57,239 nucleotides of DNA, from the NCBI GenBank assembly GCA_017473455.1, contig JAFULI010000069.1, positions 1-57,239 of the forward strand, read 5' to 3'. The stretch is from Oscillospiraceae bacterium. Its GTDB lineage: Bacteria; Bacillota; Clostridia; Oscillospirales; Oscillospiraceae. The position numbers were made by a program, and so were the translations under genes. Below, in pieces: positions 28,650-36,403 of the stretch (position 1 is the first letter of the stretch; each line of letters opens with the position of its first letter). The notes under the pieces are model-generated. The model was not told the DNA's origin. It did no database searches and was given only the letters and a program-made list of their open reading frames with translations.

Positions 28650-29840
28650 TTACTGTGCAGCCTTGACCAGCTCAGCGGTATCCTGAGCAATCATCAGCTC
28701 TTCGTTGGTGGGAACGACCCAGACCTGAACCTTGGAATCGGGGGTAGAGATCAGCATCTCCTTGCCACGAACCTTGTTCTTCTCAGGATCCAGCTTCACA
28801 CCCATGAATGCCAGATACTCACAAACAGCGGCACGGGTGTCAGGGCCGTTTTCGCCCACACCGGCGGTGAAGGTCAGAACATCCAGACCGTTCAGAGCAG
28901 CCGCGTAAGCACCAACGTACTTGGCGACCTCGTAGCAGAACTTGTCCAGAGCCAGACGGCAGTCGGCATTGCCCTTGGCGGCACCGTCTTCCAGATCACG
29001 GAAGTCGGAGGAAACACCGGACACAGCCAGCACGCCGGACTTCTTGTTGAGCATATTCAGGCAATCGTCCACGCTCATGCCGTACTTGTTGCAGATAAAC
29101 TGAACAACAGCGGGATCGATATCACCGGAACGGGTCCCCATAGGAACACCTGCCAGAGGGGTCAGGCCCATGGTGGTATCCATGCACTTGCCGTCCTTCA
29201 CAGCAGCCATGGAAGAGCCGTTGCCCAGATGGCAGTTGACCATCTTGAACTCGGTCTTGCCTACCAGCTCAGCGGTACGGCGGGCAACATACTTGTGGGA
29301 AGTGCCGTGGAAGCCGTAGCGGCGGATATTATCGTTCTCGTAATACTCGGTGGGGATGGCATAACGATAAGCCTTGGCAGGCATGGTCATGTGGAACGCG
29401 GTATCAAACACGGCAACCTGAGGAGTCTTGGGCATAACAGCCTGGCAGGCACGGATGCCCATCAGGTTGGCAGGATTGTGCAGGGGGCCCAGAGGGATGC
29501 ACTTTTCAATAGCTGCGATAACCTCATCGGTGACGATGCAGGAGTCGCTGAACTCCATACCGCCGTGGAGAACACGGTGACCAACAGCATCGATTTCGTC
29601 TACGGACTTAATAACGCCATACTCGGCATCCACCAGAATATCCAGAACCGCGGCAATCGCCTCGGAATGGCTGGGCATGGGGATATCCTTAACGACCTTA
29701 TTGTCACCGACCTTGTGGGTCAGACGGCCGTCGATATAAATACGCTCACACAGGCCCTTGGCAGCCACGTCGCCGGTATCGGGGTTCATAAGCTGATACT
29801 TCAGGCTGGAACTGCCGGCATTGATAATGAGAATGTTCAT
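28650..29840 (-). CDS. ackA: Acetate kinase
   Basis: INAGSSSLKYQL, GHRVLHGG, PLHNP, FDTAFH, YGFHGTSH, TNEE. Confidence 0.98.
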   Translation of the reverse strand: MNILIINAGSSSLKYQLMNPDTGDVAAKGLCERIYIDGRLTHKVGDNKVVKDIPMPSHSEAIAAVLDILVDAEYGVIKSVDEIDAVGHRVLHGGMEFSDSCIVTDEVIAAIEKCIPLGPLHNPANLMGIRACQAVMPKTPQVAVFDTAFHMTMPAKAYRYAIPTEYYENDNIRRYGFHGTSHKYVARRTAELVGKTEFKMVNCHLGNGSSMAAVKDGKCMDTTMGLTPLAGVPMGTRSGDIDPAVVQFICNKYGMSVDDCLNMLNKKSGVLAVSGVSSDFRDLEDGAAKGNADCRLALDKFCYEVAKYVGAYAAALNGLDVLTFTAGVGENGPDTRAAVCEYLAFMGVKLDPEKNKVRGKEMLISTPDSKVQVWVVPTNEELMIAQDTAELVKAAQ

Positions 29841-29974
29841 TGGAATCTTCCTCCTAAAAAAATGTTGTTCATTTATCGTATTTTGTGATATGATAACATC
29901 AACGTATATTTTATACGATTATTTCAAATTTCTCAACCCCTAACAAGGAAATTTTTCAAAAAGGAGGGATTTTT

Positions 29975-31108
29975 TTGCACACCGTAGGGATTATTTGCGA
30001 GTACAATCCCCTGCACAAAGGGCACAGCAAGCAATTATCCGCTGTCAGAGCTGCAGGTGCGGAGGGAATCGTGTGTCTGATGAGCGGAAATTTTGTTCAG
30101 CGGGGTGCTCCGGCGATTTTCGAAAAGTCCCTCAGGGCAAGAGCGGCGGTGGAATGCGGTGCCGATTTGGTTCTGGAACTTCCGGTGACCGTGGCGCTGA
30201 ATTCCGCGGAAGGATTCGCTTCCGGCGGTGTTTCTTTGCTTGGAGGCTTTTGCGACTATCTGTGCTTCGGCGCGGAAACGGAAAAGCCGGAACTGCTGAC
30301 GGATCTGGCAACGGCACTGCTCAGCGAGGAATTTCCGGCTGCTCTGCGTTCCGGGTTGGATACCGGGAAGTCCTTCCCTGCCGCCCGCAGCGCAGCATTG
30401 ATTGCTATGGGGTATTCCGGGGAAGTGCTTTGTCAGCCCAACAATATTCTGGCTGTGGAATACTGTAAAGCTATCCTCTCTCAAGGATGCCGGATGCAGC
30501 CTATGCCCATCCACCGTCAGGGAAGCTATCATGCGGATACTCCCGACAGCGAGAACCCCTCCGCCACCGCTCTGCGACGGTTGATCCTTCAGGGGCAGGA
30601 TTGGGAGGGCTTTGTCCCCGACGCTGCCAAAGCACTGTTTTCCGAAGGAAGCATTCACTCTCTTCGTGCCGGTGAACGGGCAGTGCTTGCCCATCTTCGC
30701 ACCATGACCGATGCAGAATTTGAAGCCCTGCCCCATGCCAGTGAGGGACTGTGGCGAAAGCTGATGCATGCCGTCGGGAAAGAACCGGATTTGGAGTCCA
30801 TCGCCACAGCGGTAAAATCCAAACGTTACACCCGAAGCCGCATCGACCGAATGATTTTGTGTGCCTTTCTGGGTCTGACAGCGGAGGACTTTGCCGCTCC
30901 CGCTCCCTACGCACGGGTGCTGGCATTCAACCACAAAGGTCGGGAAATCCTGAAGCAGGCAAGGCAAACCGGTTGCTTCCCCAATCTGGGAGAAAAGACC
31001 GGGCATCCCTATGAAGTTTCAGAAAACCGCTGTGACCGGCTCTACGGTCTGTTTGCCCAAAGCCAGCCGGAAATCTCCGGTAAGCAACGGGTACAATATA
31101 TCATTTAA
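29975..31108 (+). CDS. tmcAL: tRNA(Met) cytidine acetate ligase (YlbM family)
   Basis: GIICEYNPLHKGH, MSGNFVQRGAPA, PNNILAVEY, SATALR, KSKRYT; TTG start after AGGAGG. Confidence 0.88.
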   Translation: MHTVGIICEYNPLHKGHSKQLSAVRAAGAEGIVCLMSGNFVQRGAPAIFEKSLRARAAVECGADLVLELPVTVALNSAEGFASGGVSLLGGFCDYLCFGAETEKPELLTDLATALLSEEFPAALRSGLDTGKSFPAARSAALIAMGYSGEVLCQPNNILAVEYCKAILSQGCRMQPMPIHRQGSYHADTPDSENPSATALRRLILQGQDWEGFVPDAAKALFSEGSIHSLRAGERAVLAHLRTMTDAEFEALPHASEGLWRKLMHAVGKEPDLESIATAVKSKRYTRSRIDRMILCAFLGLTAEDFAAPAPYARVLAFNHKGREILKQARQTGCFPNLGEKTGHPYEVSENRCDRLYGLFAQSQPEISGKQRVQYII

Positions 31109-31111
31109 TTA

Positions 31112-31145
31112 TCCCTCCTCAAGCTGCGGCTTGGGGAGGTTTTTT
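31112..31145 (+). terminator. Terminator after tmcAL
   Basis: CCTCCTCAAG/CTTGGGGAGG then T6. Confidence 0.7.
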
Positions 31146-31173
31146 GCACTTCCCGTGGGTGTGTGCATAAACT
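31146..31173 (+). promoter_or_regulatory. SigK-like promoter
   Basis: GCAC-N16-CATAAACT fits AC-N16-CATAnnnT. Confidence 0.5.
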
Positions 31174-31218
31174 GTCCTATAAGCGTTTGTGCTTATTTTT
31201 TCAACGGGAGGTATCACC

Positions 31219-32040
31219 ATGTCAGAATGCTGTCAGGAATCGCTGAGCTGCAGACCGGAAGATCTGCGTGAGGCGTTGTCCATCCACACCCGAAAAATTA
31301 CCGATAGCTGCAAAGACAAGGACTGCATTGAGGATTTGCGCGTCTACCTGACGAAAGGCTCCCAATGCGTTCTGGACACCGCTGCCGGTGTCAGGGTGCG
31401 CTGCGCGGATCTTGTGTACGCCTACATTGATGTGGAGCCGGTTGCTTTTGACCGAAACCATTACTGCATCGATGTGACCTTCTACTACCGCATTCTTGCC
31501 GATGCTGTGGTGGGAAGCGCACGTCCTGCCGCCCTTTACGGTCTTGCGGTATTCTCCAAGAGGGCGGTACTGTGCGGCGAAGACAGTCGTGCCCACATTT
31601 TCTGCAGCGACACCCGAATTGGAGAGCCGGACGGTTTGACCCGTTTCTGTACCAACCGCCCCACCGCTGTGGTGGAAGTTCTCGACCCCATGGTTCTCAG
31701 TTCCAAGGTCAAAGAGGTCTGCGACTGCCCATGTCAGGAAACGGTGCAGATTCCCCAGTGCGTCCGCAATCTCTTCGACGAAGAGCTGGTACTCACCGGC
31801 GAGCGGCGGCGGTTGTTTGTCACCCTGGGTCAGTTCTCCATCATCCGTCTGGAACGGGATGCCCAGCTTGTGGTACCGGTTCTGGATTATTCGCTCCCCA
31901 CCAAGGAATGCTGCGACAGCGTCGGCTGTGCCGAAGACCCCTGCGAGATGTTCAGCCGCATCCCCTTCCCTGCCGCCCAATTCTCCCCCCGGGGCTGTGA
32001 CCATCAGGACACCCCCGACTGCGGCTGTCATACCTGCTGA
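31219..32040 (+). CDS. Cys-rich hypothetical protein, possible spore coat/exosporium component
   Basis: 273 aa, 23 Cys by hand count, GGGAGG RBS, SigK-like promoter. Confidence 0.7.
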   Translation: MSECCQESLSCRPEDLREALSIHTRKITDSCKDKDCIEDLRVYLTKGSQCVLDTAAGVRVRCADLVYAYIDVEPVAFDRNHYCIDVTFYYRILADAVVGSARPAALYGLAVFSKRAVLCGEDSRAHIFCSDTRIGEPDGLTRFCTNRPTAVVEVLDPMVLSSKVKEVCDCPCQETVQIPQCVRNLFDEELVLTGERRRLFVTLGQFSIIRLERDAQLVVPVLDYSLPTKECCDSVGCAEDPCEMFSRIPFPAAQFSPRGCDHQDTPDCGCHTC

Positions 32041-32045
32041 TACGC

Positions 32046-32078
32046 AAAAAAGCACCGCCGGGTTTTTCCGGCGGTGCT
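32046..32078. terminator. Bidirectional terminator
   Basis: AGCACCGCCGG/CCGGCGGTGCT. Confidence 0.7.
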
Positions 32079-32084
32079 GTGCTG

Positions 32085-33083
32085 TTAATTCTCGCTTTGT
32101 GCCTTGACTTCCGCAACTGCGGAACGGCGGCGTCTGCGGCGGCGGGTGGTACGGGGCTCTTCCGGATCCGCCTTTTCCGCTCTTCTGGCGTAAGCTGCGG
32201 CAGCTTCGGAGGTAGCTTCATAAGTCAGGCGGCTGACTCTGACTGAACCGTCAGGCTGGTCGGACAACCGCACCCGAATCAGGAATTTACCGTGTTCCGG
32301 GCAGGTGGCGAGATCCATGTACCGCCGACCCGGCTGAGCAAACCAACGGGAGCCAAGCATCTGGCGGCCGCAGGTGGGGCATTTGTTTTCCTTGCCGTTC
32401 ATAGCACTCAGAGCGGCATGCTTGTCCGGGTAATCGTAAAATACCTGACGGCAGATACAGCCGGGAAGCTCTGCTCCGTGGAAGCCATTATCATGGCTCT
32501 TCAATGCCTGCTGGTATTCCTCCGCTCCCCGCTTCAAATCCAGTCGGGAGCAAATCAGGGCGGTATGGTAAGCATCTCCCAAGGCATCATGGGCAGGTCG
32601 GGTGGCTTCGATACCGAAGATTTCCATGGCGGTTTTCAGCGCTTTCTGCGATGTGGAGCCGTCAGTCTGGGCATTGAACATCATCTGTGCATTATACCAG
32701 ACCTCGGTCCAGCTTTCATCCAGCCCAAAAAGGCGCAGGTTTTCCCGAAGAATCCCAATATCATCAAAGCCCCAAATCAGGAAAATCACCGGCTCGCCGC
32801 ACCAAGCCCGAAACTGCTCCATAGCCTCAGGGAAAGGAACCCCCTCATCCCGAAGCTGATTTTCCTTGATACCCGTGAGCTTGCTGACCCTGCGGTTCAA
32901 TCGGCGATAGTATTTGGGGCGAATCATTACCTGAAACTCATCTGCCACCTGACCGTCCTCTGTCAGCCGCACCGCGCCAATCTGGATGATTTCTCCCCGG
33001 ATGGCTACCGGCAGCACCTTCTTAGCCGAGGGAGAACCGGGCCATGGCTGATTCCATTCCATATCCAAAACGATATAATCCAT
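32085..33083 (-). CDS. DEDDh 3'-5' exonuclease with C-terminal Zn-ribbon and Arg-rich tail
   Basis: YIVLDMEWNQ, EIIQIGAV, WGFDD, HDALGDA; CPTC...CPEH. Confidence 0.85.
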   Translation of the reverse strand: MDYIVLDMEWNQPWPGSPSAKKVLPVAIRGEIIQIGAVRLTEDGQVADEFQVMIRPKYYRRLNRRVSKLTGIKENQLRDEGVPFPEAMEQFRAWCGEPVIFLIWGFDDIGILRENLRLFGLDESWTEVWYNAQMMFNAQTDGSTSQKALKTAMEIFGIEATRPAHDALGDAYHTALICSRLDLKRGAEEYQQALKSHDNGFHGAELPGCICRQVFYDYPDKHAALSAMNGKENKCPTCGRQMLGSRWFAQPGRRYMDLATCPEHGKFLIRVRLSDQPDGSVRVSRLTYEATSEAAAAYARRAEKADPEEPRTTRRRRRRRSAVAEVKAQSEN

Positions 33084-33175
33084 GTCTGTTGACCTCGTTT
33101 TCTCTATTCCTTCCTGACATTATAGCACAGCAACCGTACCTGTGTAAACCATTATTATCAGGAAAAAAGTATGAC

Positions 33176-33204
33176 TTGACAGAAAGCACCGGGCTTGTTA
33201 TCAT
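33176..33204 (+). promoter_or_regulatory. SigA promoter of the 145-aa ORF
   Basis: TTGACA-N17-TATCAT. Confidence 0.7.
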
Positions 33205-33241
33205 CAATATACTTTGTACTTTCGGAAAGGCGGTGGACAAA

Positions 33242-33679
33242 ATGAAAGAGCGGTATCTTCCTGCAAAAATGGAACTGGTGAAATTCCAGCCCATAGACAT
33301 TATCGTAACTTCCGGTTGGTTTGACCGGGATTGGCAGCTCACCGGAGAGTCCTTCGGCGGAGGCAGCTTCGGGGATGCTCCTTCCGCATCCACAGACCCC
33401 TTCACCACCCAGCCGGATCCCACCGTCCAACCCGATCCCCCCTCTACGCAGGTGACCACACCCCCCACCACATGGATTCCAAACGAAAACGAAGGAGAAA
33501 TTGACTGGGGTGCTCTGGACGGTCAGGGGGACGAAACCACTATGCCCCACAGCACCGCTCCCAGCGAACCTTTTGAAGAAACCGTCCCCACTACCATCGT
33601 CTACGAAGACAACGGTACCACATGGGTCCCCCGTGAAAACGAGGGTGCCATGGACTGGGGTGCGTTCGACGATCAATAA
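33242..33679 (+). CDS. Acidic 145-aa protein with RiPP-like leader and duplicated core motif
   Basis: Own promoter, RBS GAAAGGCGGTG and terminator; leader YLPAKMELVKFQPIDIIVTS; two TTWxPxENEGxxDWGAxD. Confidence 0.7.
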   Translation: MKERYLPAKMELVKFQPIDIIVTSGWFDRDWQLTGESFGGGSFGDAPSASTDPFTTQPDPTVQPDPPSTQVTTPPTTWIPNENEGEIDWGALDGQGDETTMPHSTAPSEPFEETVPTTIVYEDNGTTWVPRENEGAMDWGAFDDQ

Positions 33680-33700
33680 TGGTTACGAATTTTATAAAGA

Positions 33701-33742
33701 AAAGGCTCTGTGGAAGCTGGTTGTCAGCGACCACAGAGCCTT
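33701..33742 (+). terminator. Hairpin after the 145-aa ORF
   Basis: AAGGCTCTGTGG/CCACAGAGCCTT. Confidence 0.6.
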
Positions 33743-33758
33743 AACTCAAACTTATTAA

Positions 33759-33938
33759 GTGATATATTTTGCCCTGCGGCAAAATGTGAAATAATTCGCT
33801 TGGCGAATTGTGAAATTTGATGCTTACGCATCAAGTGAAATGAAATAAATCCCTATGTGCCGCGGCACATTTCACATTGCGAAGCAATATTTCACTGCCG
33901 AAGGCAATTTCACAAATCCCGTAAGGGATTTATTTCGT
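33759..33938. repeat. Head-to-head array of GTGAAAT/ATTTCAC motifs separated by short hairpins
   Basis: GTGA(A/T)AT at 33759, 33786, 33810, 33835; ATTTCAC at 33869, 33889, 33907; six side hairpins plus central palindrome ATGTGCCGCGGCACAT. Confidence 0.85.
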
Positions 33939-33940
33939 TG

Positions 33941-33972
33941 AAAAAAGCACTTGCGATTGCAAGTGCTTTTTT
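33941..33972 (-). terminator. Terminator after tRNA-Trp
   Basis: AAAAAAGCACTTGC-GATT-GCAAGTGCTTTTTT. Confidence 0.85.
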
Positions 33973-33973
33973 C

Positions 33974-34049
<76 letters not shown>

Positions 34050-34079
34050 ATATATAAAAGGATGTTCCTTTATTTTGCG

Positions 34080-34156
34080 TGGTGGGCCTTCAGGGATTCG
34101 AACCCGGGACTATCCGGTTATGAGCCGGAGGCTCTAACCAACTGAGCTAAAGGCCC
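34080..34156 (-). tRNA. tRNA with CAT anticodon, Ile2 (lysidine) type
   Basis: GGGCCTTTAGCTCAGTTGGTTAGAGC...CGGCT-CAT-AACCG...ACCA; body resembles B. subtilis tRNA-Ile2 rather than fMet/eMet. Confidence 0.88.
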
Positions 34157-34192
34157 ATATTGTCACAGGCGCTGAGCACCATCACGGGGCAT

Positions 34193-34221
34193 ATTGTACC
34201 ACCGAATATCCGGATTGTCAA
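34193..34221 (-). promoter_or_regulatory. SigA promoter of tRNA-Ile2/Trp
   Basis: TTGACA-N17-TACAAT with extended TG. Confidence 0.8.
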
Positions 34222-34356
34222 GGATTTTCTTTTCCTATTCCGGCTTTTTTCCGACACGGGTAACAGCCAATGGATTTTGAGCAGATGGTTGGTTGTAAAA
34301 CTGAGAGAATTGTGGTATGCTGTAAGAAATCCTGCAGATTTCATGGAGGTTATGTT

Positions 34357-34704
34357 ATGCTGTTTATTCAATATCCCCCCTGCTCTACCTGCCAGAAGGC
34401 GAAAAAGTGGCTGGACGGTCATGGGTTTTCTTATGAGGATCGGCACATCAAGGAGGATCCTCCCACCTACGAGGAGCTGAAAAGCTGGTATCAGCAGAGT
34501 GGATTGCCCTTAAAGCGATTTTTTAATACCAGCGGACTTTTATACAAGTCCATGAATCTGAAGGAGCGGCTTCCCGGTATGTCGGAGGAAGAACAGCTTC
34601 GTCTGCTGGCTTCTGACGGGATGCTTGTGAAACGTCCCATTATCATTCAGGGCGACATCATTCTTACCGGCTTTAAGGAAGCTGAGTGGGACAAGCTCCG
34701 TTGA
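34357..34704 (+). CDS. ArsC/Spx family protein (YusI-like)
   Basis: YPPCSTCQKAKKWL, FFNTSG, GMLVKRP. Confidence 0.9.
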   Translation: MLFIQYPPCSTCQKAKKWLDGHGFSYEDRHIKEDPPTYEELKSWYQQSGLPLKRFFNTSGLLYKSMNLKERLPGMSEEEQLRLLASDGMLVKRPIIIQGDIILTGFKEAEWDKLR

Positions 34705-34720
34705 AGCTGCCGGGTGGATC

Positions 34721-34917
34721 AATTGTTGTTTGAAGAGCAGAATCCTCAGACGTGTCATCCTGAGCAAGCGTAAGCGAGTCGAAGGATCTAATGTTCGGTT
34801 TTCACATATTTCCCGACAGATTCGCAATCTTTACGTTTGAGATCCTTCGACTCCGCTTCGCTCCGCTCAGGATGACATATCGTGGGCGTGGTGCCTTTCA
34901 AACAACAATTTACCTTA
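34721..34917. repeat. Nested palindromic REP/MITE-like element
   Basis: Outer IR AATTGTTGTTTGAA/TTCAAACAACAATT; inner IRs TGTCATCCTGAGC/GCTCAGGATGACA and GAGTCGAAGGATCT/AGATCCTTCGACTC. Confidence 0.8.
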
Positions 34918-34925
34918 CAAATACA

Positions 34926-34971
34926 GCGGCTCTGCGGGGGAACTTTTTGGGTTCTCCTGCAGAGCCGTTTT
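34926..34971. terminator. Terminator after the lipase gene
   Basis: CGGCTCTGCGGGGGAAC/GTTCTCCTGCAGAGCCG. Confidence 0.6.
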
Positions 34972-34979
34972 ATATTTCC

Positions 34980-36308
34980 CTACATTCCTTTGTCCTTCAA
35001 ATCTTTCAGTAGGTTTACATAAAATTCCCGAACATCAAAGCCGGGGATGTTTTCCCGGTTCAGGTCGATCATGTCACCGTGGGAGATTCCCCGTCTGCCC
35101 GATGGGGTCAGGAGAATATGGTTTTCTCCCCATGGGAAGGAGGTATCCCCTACCAGACCGTCATTGGCACCGCCGAAGTATTTGACCAAGTGATACGAAA
35201 AATTCAGGGGGAATTTTCCGCCCGTCGCCCGTCGGACGGTAGAGCCTACGCTTTGGCAGTAAACCCCCATCGGGTCGGGAAGCTGTCGGTTTCTTTCCCG
35301 ACAAGCGCTTTCCGTCAGGTCGCTAATAGCCGCGAGGAAGTCCGGATCGGGGTCACCCAGACGTTTCAGCGCACTGTTATAGAGACGGGCAGTCTTTTCT
35401 ATTGTGCTTTGCGGTATTTTTGTCAACAAGTAATCCGCAAACAAACATCCCCGATGGGGGGTATTGATGGTGGTCAGAGAGGCTACCATGGCGCAAATTT
35501 CCGGATTTGCCAATGCTCTGCGGCAGTCCAGTCCGCCTTTGGAGTGGGCAATCAGGTTTACCTTCTCCGCTCCGGTTTCAGCCAGCACCTCCCGAATTCG
35601 CACTGCCAGCTCTTCGGCGGCGGCATCCACAGAGGAAGCGGACTGGTGGTTTCCATAGAAAATCGCTGCGCCGTTTTCCTCCAGCTCAGAAGGAATTCTT
35701 CCCCAATAGTTGAAGTACCGGCTGTCCCGAAAAAAGACACCGTGCACCAGCAATACGGGATATCGGGTAGCACAGACCCGGTCTGCTTTTCTTGCTTCGT
35801 TTCGCCGCTGGTGGGCGATTTCCGTTTCCACTTCCCGATAGGTAGTGGCAAGAATGAACCCCAGTGCCATCAGATTGGCAACGGGAATCATTCCGCAGGC
35901 AATGCCGATGATCCGACGTTTGATTCCTAACTGCACAGAAGTCAGGTAGACCCAGATAATTCCGTTCCAGAACAGCAGGGTATGAGTACAAACGCTCACC
36001 ACTACGCTCCACACAAGGCTTTGCCAATCCTCCGGCAGTAATCGGAATGCCATCGCTCCGTGTTGAAGGAGGGACAGCAGAACAGATATGGAAAAGGCGG
36101 TAAGGAGCACCGTACCGTGGTAACAGCCCTTCAAACGTTTACTTTTGGTTTTCAGGCTGAAGAACCCGGGAACGGCATGGATCAGCAAAAACAGCGGTAT
36201 CATCACTACCAGCCAGAGAGGGTTATGGGCAACCGCAGAATAACAGCCTGATACCAGTGCGTACAGCACACCGTAAATCCCGGCGGTCAAAAAGAATTTC
36301 CCTTTCAC
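34980..36308 (-). CDS. Alpha/beta-hydrolase (lipase family) with N-terminal multi-TM region
   Basis: TRYPVLLVHG, AHSKGGLD nucleophile elbow, TPHRG, NDGLV, SHGD. Confidence 0.88.
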   Translation of the reverse strand: MKGKFFLTAGIYGVLYALVSGCYSAVAHNPLWLVVMIPLFLLIHAVPGFFSLKTKSKRLKGCYHGTVLLTAFSISVLLSLLQHGAMAFRLLPEDWQSLVWSVVVSVCTHTLLFWNGIIWVYLTSVQLGIKRRIIGIACGMIPVANLMALGFILATTYREVETEIAHQRRNEARKADRVCATRYPVLLVHGVFFRDSRYFNYWGRIPSELEENGAAIFYGNHQSASSVDAAAEELAVRIREVLAETGAEKVNLIAHSKGGLDCRRALANPEICAMVASLTTINTPHRGCLFADYLLTKIPQSTIEKTARLYNSALKRLGDPDPDFLAAISDLTESACRERNRQLPDPMGVYCQSVGSTVRRATGGKFPLNFSYHLVKYFGGANDGLVGDTSFPWGENHILLTPSGRRGISHGDMIDLNRENIPGFDVREFYVNLLKDLKDKGM

Positions 36309-36337
36309 GGTCTTCCCTCCTCTCCTGGTCTTTTTTT

Positions 36338-36366
36338 ATTCTATCCCACCGAAAATACGGTGTCAA
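36338..36366 (-). promoter_or_regulatory. SigA promoter of the lipase gene
   Basis: TTGACA-N17-TAGAAT. Confidence 0.7.
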
Positions 36367-36403
36367 TGGGCGAAAAAGAAAAAACCTGCCGGAGCAGGTT
36401 CTT

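Noticed and set aside
29883-29900. Rex operator upstream of ackA (TTGTGATATGATAACATC)
   Set aside because: Half-site spacing is off by one and the right arm is poor
33759-33938. CRISPR array
   Set aside because: Repeat is only 7 bp, spacers are self-complementary, orientation flips mid-array and there are no cas genes
34540-35012. Short ORFs reading LRLLRMT / LRFAPLRMT
   Set aside because: Translations of the palindromic repeat, not credible genes
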